Shown here: piece after piece, positions 1-8,152 of the stretch
How positions within the stretch are numbered: the first letter of the stretch is position 1
Layout: every line of letters starts with the position of its first letter
Source: a bacterium
GTDB taxonomy: Bacteria; Desulfobacterota; DSWW01
Assembly: GCA_040756235.1 (NCBI GenBank)
Contig: JBFLZG010000087.1
Location: 121,411-185,410 of the forward strand
Length of the DNA stretch: 64,000 bases
Reading direction: 5' to 3'
Program-made: the position numbers and the translations under genes
The notes under the pieces: generated by a model
Database searches by the model: none
The model's input: the letters and a program-made list of their open reading frames with translations, nothing else
What the model was told of the DNA's origin: nothing

Positions 1-66
1 CTTCGTCTTGACCTTCTCCTTGCTCTTGAAGAAGTCAAGGATCTTCTGCTTCACATCTTCATGCAT
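1..66 (-). CDS. dsrD: DsrD, 5' part only (runs off the window edge)
   Basis: Manual translation MHEDVKQKILDFFKSKEKVKTK resembles the DsrD N-terminus (MEEAKQKVVDFLNSKSGSKSK type); AAAGGAGAG RBS upstream; dsr context. Not in the ORF track; only 22 codons visible. Confidence 0.75.
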   Translation of the reverse strand, partial: MHEDVKQKILDFFKSKEKVKTK

Positions 67-116
67 CGGGCTCTCCTTTGTCGCATGGGAAACGGTATCA
101 GGGGAAAAACCAAGTA

Positions 117-145
117 ACCTTAGAGTTTTCATGCGGAAAAGTCAA
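117..145 (-). promoter_or_regulatory. sigma70-like promoter for dsrD
   Basis: Minus strand TTGACT-N17-TAAGGT, about 50 nt upstream of the dsrD ATG. Confidence 0.55.
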
Positions 146-170
146 CCGGCAGAAAGCTGGGGAGACCCTC

Positions 171-524
171 ATGTCCTCCGAAGAAGAGAAGAAAAAAAAG
201 GCCATTTTCGAAAGCATGTCGCCGAAGCGGCAGAAGAGGATTCTCGAGAAGGGTTACGAGCAGTGGGATCCTTTCCGGATGCCCAAGGAACCTCCATTTT
301 TTTCCGAAGAAGACAGGCGCGCGCGAAGGCAGATTGCAGATCTCGTGGATCGATTCCTGGATCATGCAGCACGCCGCATTCTCAAAGCCCCCCCCTCGCC
401 GGCTTACATTCAATCCGTTCGGGACATCGCGTTCGGGCTGGCGCGAGGAGAGGAACGCTATCAGGCCATGTACGACTACTCTGTCTGGTTTGCCGCTATC
501 GCGAAGGGGGCCGATGCCGGATGA
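171..524 (+). CDS. Small hypothetical protein, divergent from dsrD
   Basis: ATG at 171 after GGGGAG; charged helical protein MSSEEEKKKKAIFESMSPKRQKRILEKGYEQWDPF. Confidence 0.7.
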   Translation: MSSEEEKKKKAIFESMSPKRQKRILEKGYEQWDPFRMPKEPPFFSEEDRRARRQIADLVDRFLDHAARRILKAPPSPAYIQSVRDIAFGLARGEERYQAMYDYSVWFAAIAKGADAG

Positions 525-541
525 TACCCCCGGGCGGCCGG

Positions 542-1279
542 TCAAGGCTCCGGATCGTGGCTCGCCGGCGGGGCGGCCCTGAGGCTCTCCAACTCCTGTT
601 CGACGGCAGCTGTTGCCCTGAGGTCTTTGAGTCTCCGGTAGATCGCGAGCGCTTGCTCGTGCCATGAGATGGCCTGGGCAAGGTCTCCTTTCTTCTTCGA
701 GAGGTCTCCCAGGTTGGTAAAGGTCATGGCTTGGCGGTCTTCCACGCCGAGCCTTTCCCAACGTTTCAGCGCTTCCTGAAAATACATGAAGGCCTTTTCA
801 TCTTGACCCAGCAGTCGGTGCATCTTGGCGATCCGGTCCAGCAGGATCCCGCAGCCCAGAGCGTCCTCGAAGGTCGAACAGATCTCGAGGGCCTCCTGGT
901 AAGGGAGGAGGGCCTTTTGCGGGTCCTCCCGGGACCAGTGGATGTCCCCGAGAAGAAGAGAGGCCCGCACCCGGTTCTTCTTGTCGTCAGCTGTGAGGCA
1001 GGTGTGATAAGCCGACTTGCACAGGATCTCGGCCTGCTCCGCGTGCCCGGCCGCCAGGTGAAGCTCGGCAAGGGACAGGGAGACGACCGCTTCGCCGAAA
1101 GTGTTGTGGTGTTTCCTGCAGAGGGCGCAAGCTTCTTCGAGGAGCGGGAGGGCTTGCTGGAAATCGCCTTTCTCCCGGTGAGTGTCCCCCAGCTTGAAGG
1201 CCAGGTTCGCCATTCGGGTCTCATCACCCTGTTGGCGGGCCTCCGAGAGAAGCTCGCTCATCCGTTCCATCGAGTGCAT
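542..1279 (-). CDS. Tetratricopeptide repeat protein
   Basis: Repeated TPR-like helices (LG..H...GD...AL..Y.EAL); ATG 1279 with AAGGAA RBS. Confidence 0.85.
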   Translation of the reverse strand: MHSMERMSELLSEARQQGDETRMANLAFKLGDTHREKGDFQQALPLLEEACALCRKHHNTFGEAVVSLSLAELHLAAGHAEQAEILCKSAYHTCLTADDKKNRVRASLLLGDIHWSREDPQKALLPYQEALEICSTFEDALGCGILLDRIAKMHRLLGQDEKAFMYFQEALKRWERLGVEDRQAMTFTNLGDLSKKKGDLAQAISWHEQALAIYRRLKDLRATAAVEQELESLRAAPPASHDPEP

Positions 1280-1375
1280 ACAGGTTCCTTTTCCCCCGGC
1301 TGCTCTTATAATCATACCGGAAAGCGTCGACAAAAACATCCCTTTCAAAAGGGCCGAGCAGGAGACGAGGCAGGC

Positions 1376-1735
1376 ATGGACAAGAGGATCGAGGGGAAGG
1401 GGCGCCCGGATTCGGAGGAGGCTGCCCGCAGGCGCTTCGAATCGGTGAACGAAGTCGGACGCATTCTGGTGCGGAAAGGCCTTCTGGATCCCGGTGAAGA
1501 GCTGGTCGGCGCCATGTTGGAGGACCTCGTTCACTATGCCTATTTCACCGGCTGCATCTCCAGAACGAAAGTGAAGGAGCTTCTTGGCTTGACGGATGAG
1601 GCGGCCAAGGACCGGGTCAGGACGTGGAAGAGATGGCATGAGGGCAACAAGCATTGTCAGGCCCGGTGGAATCCCATGTACGAGGCCTGGCAGAACCAGG
1701 GCGAGGGACCTGAAGGGGCGACAGAAGAGAGCTGA
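1376..1735 (+). CDS. Hypothetical protein, possible helix-turn-helix
   Basis: ATG 1376 after GAGG; segment ISRTKVKELLGL is HTH-like. Confidence 0.6.
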   Translation: MDKRIEGKGRPDSEEAARRRFESVNEVGRILVRKGLLDPGEELVGAMLEDLVHYAYFTGCISRTKVKELLGLTDEAAKDRVRTWKRWHEGNKHCQARWNPMYEAWQNQGEGPEGATEES

Positions 1736-1782
1736 AGAGCCCTGCCTGTTCGCGTCAGTGTGGGGCGGCCGCCGTCGCGGGC

Positions 1783-1811
1783 TTTCATCGCCCGCGGATT
1801 GCCGCTATAAT
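1783..1811 (+). promoter_or_regulatory. sigma70-like promoter
   Basis: TTTCAT-N17-TATAAT upstream of the FmdB-like gene. Confidence 0.5.
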
Positions 1812-1847
1812 GGGCTCATCTGAGGGTCGAAGGAGAGGAGAAGGAAG

Positions 1848-2090
1848 TTGCCCCTATACGAATTCACATGCCAGCAGTGCGGCAGGCTCTGCGAATTCCT
1901 TGTGCGGAGCTCGACGGAAAAGGTCGAGCTCCGCTGTCCCGCTTGCGGTTGCGAACGACTGCAGCGGGTGTTGAGCCGGGTCAACTCCGTGGTTGCCGGT
2001 TCCGGCGGAGGAGCGGATTCCTCCGTGGAACACCGGTCCTGCCCTTCCGGAACCTGCTCTACCATCACCTTGCCTGGACACTCGCGATAG
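1848..2090 (+). CDS. FmdB-family zinc-ribbon protein
   Basis: MPLYEFTCQQCG...CPACG...RVLS signature; TTG start with strong RBS. Confidence 0.85.
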   Translation: MPLYEFTCQQCGRLCEFLVRSSTEKVELRCPACGCERLQRVLSRVNSVVAGSGGGADSSVEHRSCPSGTCSTITLPGHSR

Positions 2091-2240
2091 CGGTGATAGG
2101 CTGTTTCCGCCCGCTCCGTTGGCCGGGGCGGCCCGCGGGCATCTCGAGACGGTGTGCCGCGCACAGCCCCCATCTGAGAGCCCGATCCGGGAAACGACAG
2201 CCGTCCGGCACGCAGTCTGTAACACAGGAAAGGATGCAAG

Positions 2241-3053
2241 ATGAAAGACCCCTCCAAGTCAAGCGCACCGCCTTCCCGGAGACCCCTGCTGAAACCATCG
2301 AGCCGGGTCAAGTTCGAATGCAGGCCCGGCCTGCCGTGCTTCACGGCCTGTTGCCAGGACGTGAATATATTCCTCTCCTCCTACGACATCCTCCGTCTCA
2401 AGAATCGCCTTCAAGTGACCTCTGGCGACTTCCTGGAGCGGTACACGAAGACGCTACTTTCCCCCTCAGGGGCAATTCCTCTGGTGCAGCTCAAAATGCA
2501 GGAATCGGACAAGCGGTGCCCTTTCGTTACCCCCGAAGGCTGCACGGTTTACTCGGACCGCCCCTGGGCCTGCCGCATGTACCCGATCGACCGGACGGAC
2601 GCAGGCGGGGAGTACTTCTTTATCGCCGAGAACGAAGTGTGTCGCGGTCGAAACGAGCCCAAGGAATGGGCGATCGAGGACTGGCTCACGGACCAGGGTG
2701 TCGAGCCCTACGAGGAGATGGACGACCGTTTCTCGATCGTGACCCGGAACCCGCGGCTGATGAAGGAGAAGCTCCAGGACCCGAGGATGCAGAAGATGTT
2801 CTGGATGGCTTTTTACGACCTGGACACCTTCCGCCGCTTCGTCTACGAGAGCCGTTTCCTTCAGACCTTCGAAGTGGAGCCGGAGATGGTGGAGCTGGCC
2901 CGCAAGGACGACATGGCTCTCCTGCACCTGGCGCTCCGGTGGCTTCAGTTCGGGCTGGTCTGCGCCGATGTCCTGCCGATTCGGGAGGAAGTGCTCAAAG
3001 CGAAGAAGGCTGCGCAGGAAGAAGCCGGGAAGAAAGCCTCGGACGCAGAGTGA
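2241..3053 (+). CDS. YkgJ/UPF0153-family cysteine-cluster protein
   Basis: C..CF.ACC, CPF..GC.VY.DRP.ACR.YP, C.G motifs. Confidence 0.85.
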   Translation: MKDPSKSSAPPSRRPLLKPSSRVKFECRPGLPCFTACCQDVNIFLSSYDILRLKNRLQVTSGDFLERYTKTLLSPSGAIPLVQLKMQESDKRCPFVTPEGCTVYSDRPWACRMYPIDRTDAGGEYFFIAENEVCRGRNEPKEWAIEDWLTDQGVEPYEEMDDRFSIVTRNPRLMKEKLQDPRMQKMFWMAFYDLDTFRRFVYESRFLQTFEVEPEMVELARKDDMALLHLALRWLQFGLVCADVLPIREEVLKAKKAAQEEAGKKASDAE

Positions 3054-3094
3054 AGCGCGAGCGGTCGAGAGAAGGGCAGAGGAGGGTCGTTTGC

Positions 3095-3868
3095 ATGCCG
3101 CCGACGGACCATGAAGGTGTTCTCGAACCCCTTCCGGAAACAGGCCTGCGGTTCTCGTGTCACCCCTCCGTCCCCTGTTTCAACGTCTGCTGCCGCGACC
3201 TCCGTCTCACCCTGACTCCCTACGACATCCTCCGCATGAAGAAAGCGGCCGGCCTGCCCTCGAGCGCTTTTCTGGAGCAGTATACGTTCGTCGAAACCGA
3301 TCCGGAGTGGAAGATCCCGGTCATCAGGCTCCAGATGTCGGATGATCCCGTGCGGTCCTGTCCTTTCGTGCGCGCGGGCGGCTGCAGCATTTATGCGGAC
3401 CGCCCCGCAGCTTGCAGGACCTATCCTCTGGGCCGTGCATCCAGACGGGGTCCCGACGGTACGGAGGAACACTATTTTATGGTTCGGGAGGCGCACTGCC
3501 TGGGCTTCCGGGAGGGCAAGCTCTGGACGGTTCCGGAATGGCTGAGAGATCAGGGTCTCGCGACTTACAACGAATGGACCGATCGTTGGATGGGATTCCT
3601 GTCCACGTACAGACCGGGAGCGCGCGACCTGAGCGAAGCCCAGTGGAAGATGTTCTACATGGGATGCTACAGTCTGGACCGCTTCCGCGAATTCGCCTTC
3701 GGCACGCGCCTGCTGTCGCTCGTCGAGATTTCCGAAGAGCGGTTGGAGCGTTTGCGCCGGAACGAGGAAGCGCTGCTGAGCTTTGCCCTGCAGTGGCTCG
3801 CCTTTTCGATCTTCGGTGAGCCGGTTCTCAAGCTGCGCCGCGCATCACTCGACGATGCCAGGCCTTAG
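3095..3868 (+). CDS. YkgJ/UPF0153-family cysteine-cluster protein, second paralog
   Basis: Same motif set (CHPSVPCFNVCC, CPFV..GGCSIYADRPAACRTYP, HCLG); alternative GTG start at 3050. Confidence 0.85.
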   Translation: MPPTDHEGVLEPLPETGLRFSCHPSVPCFNVCCRDLRLTLTPYDILRMKKAAGLPSSAFLEQYTFVETDPEWKIPVIRLQMSDDPVRSCPFVRAGGCSIYADRPAACRTYPLGRASRRGPDGTEEHYFMVREAHCLGFREGKLWTVPEWLRDQGLATYNEWTDRWMGFLSTYRPGARDLSEAQWKMFYMGCYSLDRFREFAFGTRLLSLVEISEERLERLRRNEEALLSFALQWLAFSIFGEPVLKLRRASLDDARP

Positions 3869-4108
3869 GTGGTCCGGCGAACAGACGGGCAGAGGGCCGC
3901 TGGATCCCGTTTCCGGGTTGAGGCTGTGACGGTAGGAGCAACGGGTGCCGTATTTCTCCATCATCCAGGCCCAGCCGCGCACATAATACGGGCACTCGTC
4001 GTGAAAACAGACGTACTTGGTTTCTCCCGCCCAGTCGGACTCGACCGGAGAGACCCACTTGCTCATCTGCCTGCCGCAGTGAGGGCAGGAGTAGGATGTG
4101 TTCGTCAT
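3845..4108 (-). CDS. Small zinc-finger protein (Ogr/Delta-like)
   Basis: CPHCG...CFHDECPYY motif; GGAG RBS before ATG 4108. Confidence 0.7.
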   Translation of the reverse strand: MTNTSYSCPHCGRQMSKWVSPVESDWAGETKYVCFHDECPYYVRGWAWMMEKYGTRCSYRHSLNPETGSSGPLPVCSPDHLRPGIVE

Positions 4109-4263
4109 GGTTGTGTCTCCCATTCTTGCACGCGCCGACGAGCAGAGAAACGGACGAAATCACCGGCTGCCGTGAGCACATTGCGTTTGGATGCGGGCAC
4201 TTTTGAGAGAATACCAGCGACAGCCGCCGCAGTAAAGATGACGCCCGTGTAAGGGTCCGTTGC

Positions 4264-4293
4264 TTGACAAGCAAAGCCGGGTTATGTTAAAAG
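4264..4293 (+). promoter_or_regulatory. Possible sigma70 promoter for dsrN-dsrC
   Basis: Perfect TTGACA at 4264 followed by AT-rich TGTTAAAA; the -10 match is imperfect. Confidence 0.4.
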
Positions 4294-4312
4294 GAAAAAC
4301 TCTACTCGGTGA

Positions 4313-5806
4313 ATGAATAATCATTCAATAGCAGGTCATTTGTCCTCCCTGCGCCAGAGCCTCCCGGGAGGCCAGGTTCCCCTGGTGATGCCGAAGGGAC
4401 TTCCGCGTATTCTGATTACGGCCTTTCGAGGTGGCTCGGGCAAGAGCCTGGTCAGCCTGGGGGTCATTGCTTCCTTGCGGTCCCGCGGCAGGAAGGTCGC
4501 CGTTTTCAAGAAGGGCCCGGACTACATCGATGCCGCCTGGCTGAGCCGGGCCGGCGGCTCGCCCTGCTTCAATCTGGATACTTATCTGATGGGCGACCAG
4601 GGTGTGCGATCTTCCTTCGAGCGCAGGACGCGAGGGGCAGATCTCGCCGTGGTGGAAGGCAACCGGGGGCTGTTCGACGGCGTGGATGTCGAGGGCCTTC
4701 ACAGCTCCGCAGCGCTCGCAAAACTCATCGGGCTGTCGGTTTTCATCGTCGCCGATTGCACCAAGTCCACGCGCACGCTGGCGGCTCTGGTCAAGGGCTG
4801 TCAGAGTCTGGACCCGGGGGTCTCCATCCGGGGGATCGTGCTGAACCAGGTGGCCAACGCGCGGCAGGAATCGATCATCAAGGGGAGCATCGAGAAGTAC
4901 TGCGCGCTTCCGGTGGTGGGATCTCTTCCCCGGATCCCGGCTCTCAGGTTCCCGGAGCGCCACCTCGGTCTCTTTCCTCCGCAGGAACATGGGGACGCTG
5001 AAGCGACGATACGGCTGATACAGGAAGCGGTCGAGCGCTACTTGGACCTGGAGAGATTGCTCTTTCTGGCGGGGCAGGATGCTGCGGAGGCCTCCCATCC
5101 TCAGGGAACGCAGATCGCCCGCGGCCAGGGAATCCCCTCACAATCGTGTGAACGGCCGTCCTGCGGCCTCCGCGTAGGAATTTTTCGAGACCAGGCTTTT
5201 CACTTCTATTACCCGGAAAATCTGGAGATGCTCCGGGAGGGCGGGGCTGAAATCATCGAGCTGGATGCTTCCCGGGAGGGCGCTCTGCCTCATTTAGACG
5301 CTCTGTACATCGGGGGAGGCTTCCCCGAGACCCAGGCGGAGGCGCTTGCGGGGAACCGGGACTTCATGCATTCCGTCCGCGAGGCGGTGGAAGCGGGGCT
5401 GCCGGTTTACGCCGAATGCGGGGGTGCGGTCTATCTGGGGAAGGGGTTGAAGTGGAAGGGACGGTTCTACCCGTTCGCAGGAGTGTTCCCGGTCACGTAT
5501 GAATTGCATGAGAAGCCGCAGGGGCACGGATATACGTTGCTGGATGTGGAAGATGAAAATCCGTTTTTCCCCAGGGGCGTTCGCTTGAAGGGACACGAAT
5601 TCCATTACTCGGGCGTCCTGCGGTGGGAAGAGCAGGACCTCCGGTTCGCCTGCAAGGTCAGAAAAGGGTACGGGTTCGACGGGTCCAGAGAAGGGCTGTG
5701 CTACCGGAATGCCTATGCCACGTTCTCCCATTTGCATGCCCTGGGAGAGCCCGACTGGGCCAACCGTTTTTTGAAGCGCGCGGCCATGGAGGCCGCTGCA
5801 GGATAG
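4313..5806 (+). CDS. dsrN: Cobyrinate a,c-diamide synthase family protein, likely siroheme amidase DsrN
   Basis: P-loop GGSGKS, KKGPDYID, GATase AECGG and GHEFHYS; directly upstream of dsrC; true start may be about 4388. Confidence 0.85.
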   Translation: MNNHSIAGHLSSLRQSLPGGQVPLVMPKGLPRILITAFRGGSGKSLVSLGVIASLRSRGRKVAVFKKGPDYIDAAWLSRAGGSPCFNLDTYLMGDQGVRSSFERRTRGADLAVVEGNRGLFDGVDVEGLHSSAALAKLIGLSVFIVADCTKSTRTLAALVKGCQSLDPGVSIRGIVLNQVANARQESIIKGSIEKYCALPVVGSLPRIPALRFPERHLGLFPPQEHGDAEATIRLIQEAVERYLDLERLLFLAGQDAAEASHPQGTQIARGQGIPSQSCERPSCGLRVGIFRDQAFHFYYPENLEMLREGGAEIIELDASREGALPHLDALYIGGGFPETQAEALAGNRDFMHSVREAVEAGLPVYAECGGAVYLGKGLKWKGRFYPFAGVFPVTYELHEKPQGHGYTLLDVEDENPFFPRGVRLKGHEFHYSGVLRWEEQDLRFACKVRKGYGFDGSREGLCYRNAYATFSHLHALGEPDWANRFLKRAAMEAAAG

Positions 5807-5857
5807 AGGCCAAGGAGTTTTTGAGCCAGACACCCCAAGAGCTAGGAGGAAACCAAG

Positions 5858-6175
5858 ATGCCAACCACGGAGTTGGGCGGGAAGCCGGTCGAGGTGGATG
5901 AGGATGGATTCATCCAGCAGCCTGAACAGTGGGACGTGAACGTTGCCGCCGATCTGGCCAGGACCGAAGGTGTGGAGCAGATGGGGGACGATCACTGGAA
6001 GCTGGTGAATTATATCCGGGACTACTACCAGAAATTCGGCATTGCTCCCATGGTGCGGAAGCTCTGCAAAGATTTGGATTTCAAGCTCAAGTACATCTAC
6101 GAGCTGTTCCCCTCAGGACCGGCGAAGGGTGCCTGCAAGGTCGCTGGCCTGCCCAAGCCGACCGGATGCGTGTGA
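5858..6175 (+). CDS. dsrC: Sulfur-carrier protein DsrC
   Basis: VDEDGF, C-terminal GPAKGACKVAGLPKPTGCV with both conserved Cys (C-X10-C). Confidence 0.97.
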   Translation: MPTTELGGKPVEVDEDGFIQQPEQWDVNVAADLARTEGVEQMGDDHWKLVNYIRDYYQKFGIAPMVRKLCKDLDFKLKYIYELFPSGPAKGACKVAGLPKPTGCV

Positions 6176-6490
6176 TTCCTGAAGCGGCCGTGCCCCGGCC
6201 CCGTAAGGGCGGTCTCCTGGAGGCCCGGCGGGTGGGACCTGAGAAGGGTCCGTGCCCGCTGGCTCCAGGGCTCGCCGTGTCAGAGATGAAGCTCGCCGGT
6301 CGCTCCACATCTCCGGGAAGGAGACGGGGCTGCGCTTCCACTCGAGGAACGGTGAAGTTCGGATCCGTCCTTCCAGCCTGGTCCCCTTTCCCCGCAGCCA
6401 GGTGACGACCCGTTCGCATGAGCTGCTCTGGAACGCTTGGAGACCTGGGGGGGCCGCCCCAGAAGGACGGGCAATGGGTTCATCCTCGGA

Positions 6491-7039
6491 ATGCTGCAAC
6501 AACTCCTGACTCAGAAGAAGCTCTCGGTCCTCAAGAAATGGTTCCAGGCCGTCGTGGACACCTATCCACCCGATACTTCCCAGTTCCTGAAGCGAGAGCA
6601 AGACCCGTTCGCAAACCCTGTCGGATCCACGATCTTCCGCGGAATGGAGGCCATCTACGAGGAGTTGCTACGGGGCGGCCGGTCCGAAAATCTTTCGTCC
6701 TTTCTCGACCGTATTCTGCGGATCCGGGCCGTTCAGGATTTCGCGCCTTCCAAGGCCGTAGGCTTCATCCTGGATCTGAAGGCGGTCCTGCGGGAGGAAC
6801 TGAGCGGGGAAGACCTGAACGAGGGCCTCGAGCAGGAGCTGCTGGATCTCGAACGCAGGATCGATGATTTGATCCTGGTCGCCTTCGATGTCTACATGCA
6901 GTGCCGGGAAAAGGTGTGCGACGCGAGAGTCGGTGAGATCAAGGCCCAGAAAGACGCGGCCCTCAGGCTGCTCGAGATCACCGATCTTGCGCAGAAGAAG
7001 CGTCTTGGGGGAAGCGACTCGGAAGACGGCGAGCCGTGA
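6491..7039 (+). CDS. dsrT: DsrT (RsbRD N-terminal domain protein)
   Basis: W...TYP...DPFANPVG, IRAVQDFAPSKAVGFI..LK, AFD.YM.CRE; directly upstream of dsrM. Confidence 0.9.
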   Translation: MLQQLLTQKKLSVLKKWFQAVVDTYPPDTSQFLKREQDPFANPVGSTIFRGMEAIYEELLRGGRSENLSSFLDRILRIRAVQDFAPSKAVGFILDLKAVLREELSGEDLNEGLEQELLDLERRIDDLILVAFDVYMQCREKVCDARVGEIKAQKDAALRLLEITDLAQKKRLGGSDSEDGEP

Positions 7040-7153
7040 TGCCTTTGACCGGATGAGGCTGGAAAGACACTGTCCAGAGGCTGGTGAGAAATGCCCGAAC
7101 GCAACGCGGCAGACGGGTCTTTGTCGACGGCCTCCGAAGAGAGGTAGAGGTCC

Positions 7154-8149
7154 ATGAACGCCCTGTATTCCTTCTTTGCCGTCCTCCTGCTCGGGTTGAT
7201 CGCCTACTTCGGCGTCGCCGTCTGGGGGCTGCAGCCAGCCTTCGGGATCTTCGTCCCCTACGCCGCCTTTGCGATCTTCGGGATCGGAATCGTCTATCGC
7301 GTCCTGAAGTGGGCGCGGGCGCCGGCGCCCTTTGCCATCGCAACGACTTGCGGCCAGCAGAAGTCCCTGCCGTGGGTGAAGAACAGCTATTTCGAGAACC
7401 CCCACAGCACGCTGGGCGTTGTCGGTCGGATGGCGATGGAAGTGCTCTTGTTCCGTTCTCTCTTCCGGAACACGAAGGTGGAGTTGAGGAACAGCCCTGC
7501 CCGCATCATCTACGGTGGGAATAAATACCTGTGGCTGGGGGCGATCGCGTTCCACTATTCCTTCCTGATCATCCTGCTCCGCCACTTCCGGTTCTTCAGC
7601 GAACCGGTCCCTTCGTTCGTGCTGCTCCTGCAGAGCCTGGACGGATTCTTTCAGGTGGGCGTGCCGGGCCTGTATCTGACGAGCCTCATCCTGCTGGCGG
7701 CTGTCGGCTTCCTTCTTCTCAGGAGATTCCTGGACGCGAAAGTCCGCTACATCTCGCTTGCCGCCGATTACTTCCCTCTGATTCTGATCCTGGGGATCGC
7801 CCTGTCCGGCGTGATCATGCGGCACTTCACCAAGGTCGATATCGTGGCGATCAAGGAGCTGGCCCTCGGTCTGGTGAGCTTGCATCCTACCGTTCCCGAA
7901 GGAATCGGAGCCCCCTTCTACATACACCTCTTTTTCGTTTCCACCCTGGCGGCCTACTTCCCGTTCAGCAAGCTCATGCACCTGGGCGGCATCTTCCTGA
8001 GCCCCACGAGGAACCTGAGAGCCGACAGCCGGAGGGCGAGGCACGTCAACCCCTGGAATCCTCACGTCGAAGTGCATACGTATCAGGAATGGGAGGACGA
8101 GTTCAGGGACAAGATGAAAGCGGCTGGATTGCCGGTGGAGAGGGAATAG
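7154..8149 (+). CDS. dsrM: DsrM membrane cytochrome b
   Basis: TTCGQQKSLPW, AFHYSF..RH, YFPFSKLMH, PTRN. Confidence 0.95.
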   Translation: MNALYSFFAVLLLGLIAYFGVAVWGLQPAFGIFVPYAAFAIFGIGIVYRVLKWARAPAPFAIATTCGQQKSLPWVKNSYFENPHSTLGVVGRMAMEVLLFRSLFRNTKVELRNSPARIIYGGNKYLWLGAIAFHYSFLIILLRHFRFFSEPVPSFVLLLQSLDGFFQVGVPGLYLTSLILLAAVGFLLLRRFLDAKVRYISLAADYFPLILILGIALSGVIMRHFTKVDIVAIKELALGLVSLHPTVPEGIGAPFYIHLFFVSTLAAYFPFSKLMHLGGIFLSPTRNLRADSRRARHVNPWNPHVEVHTYQEWEDEFRDKMKAAGLPVERE

Positions 8150-8152
8150 ACC

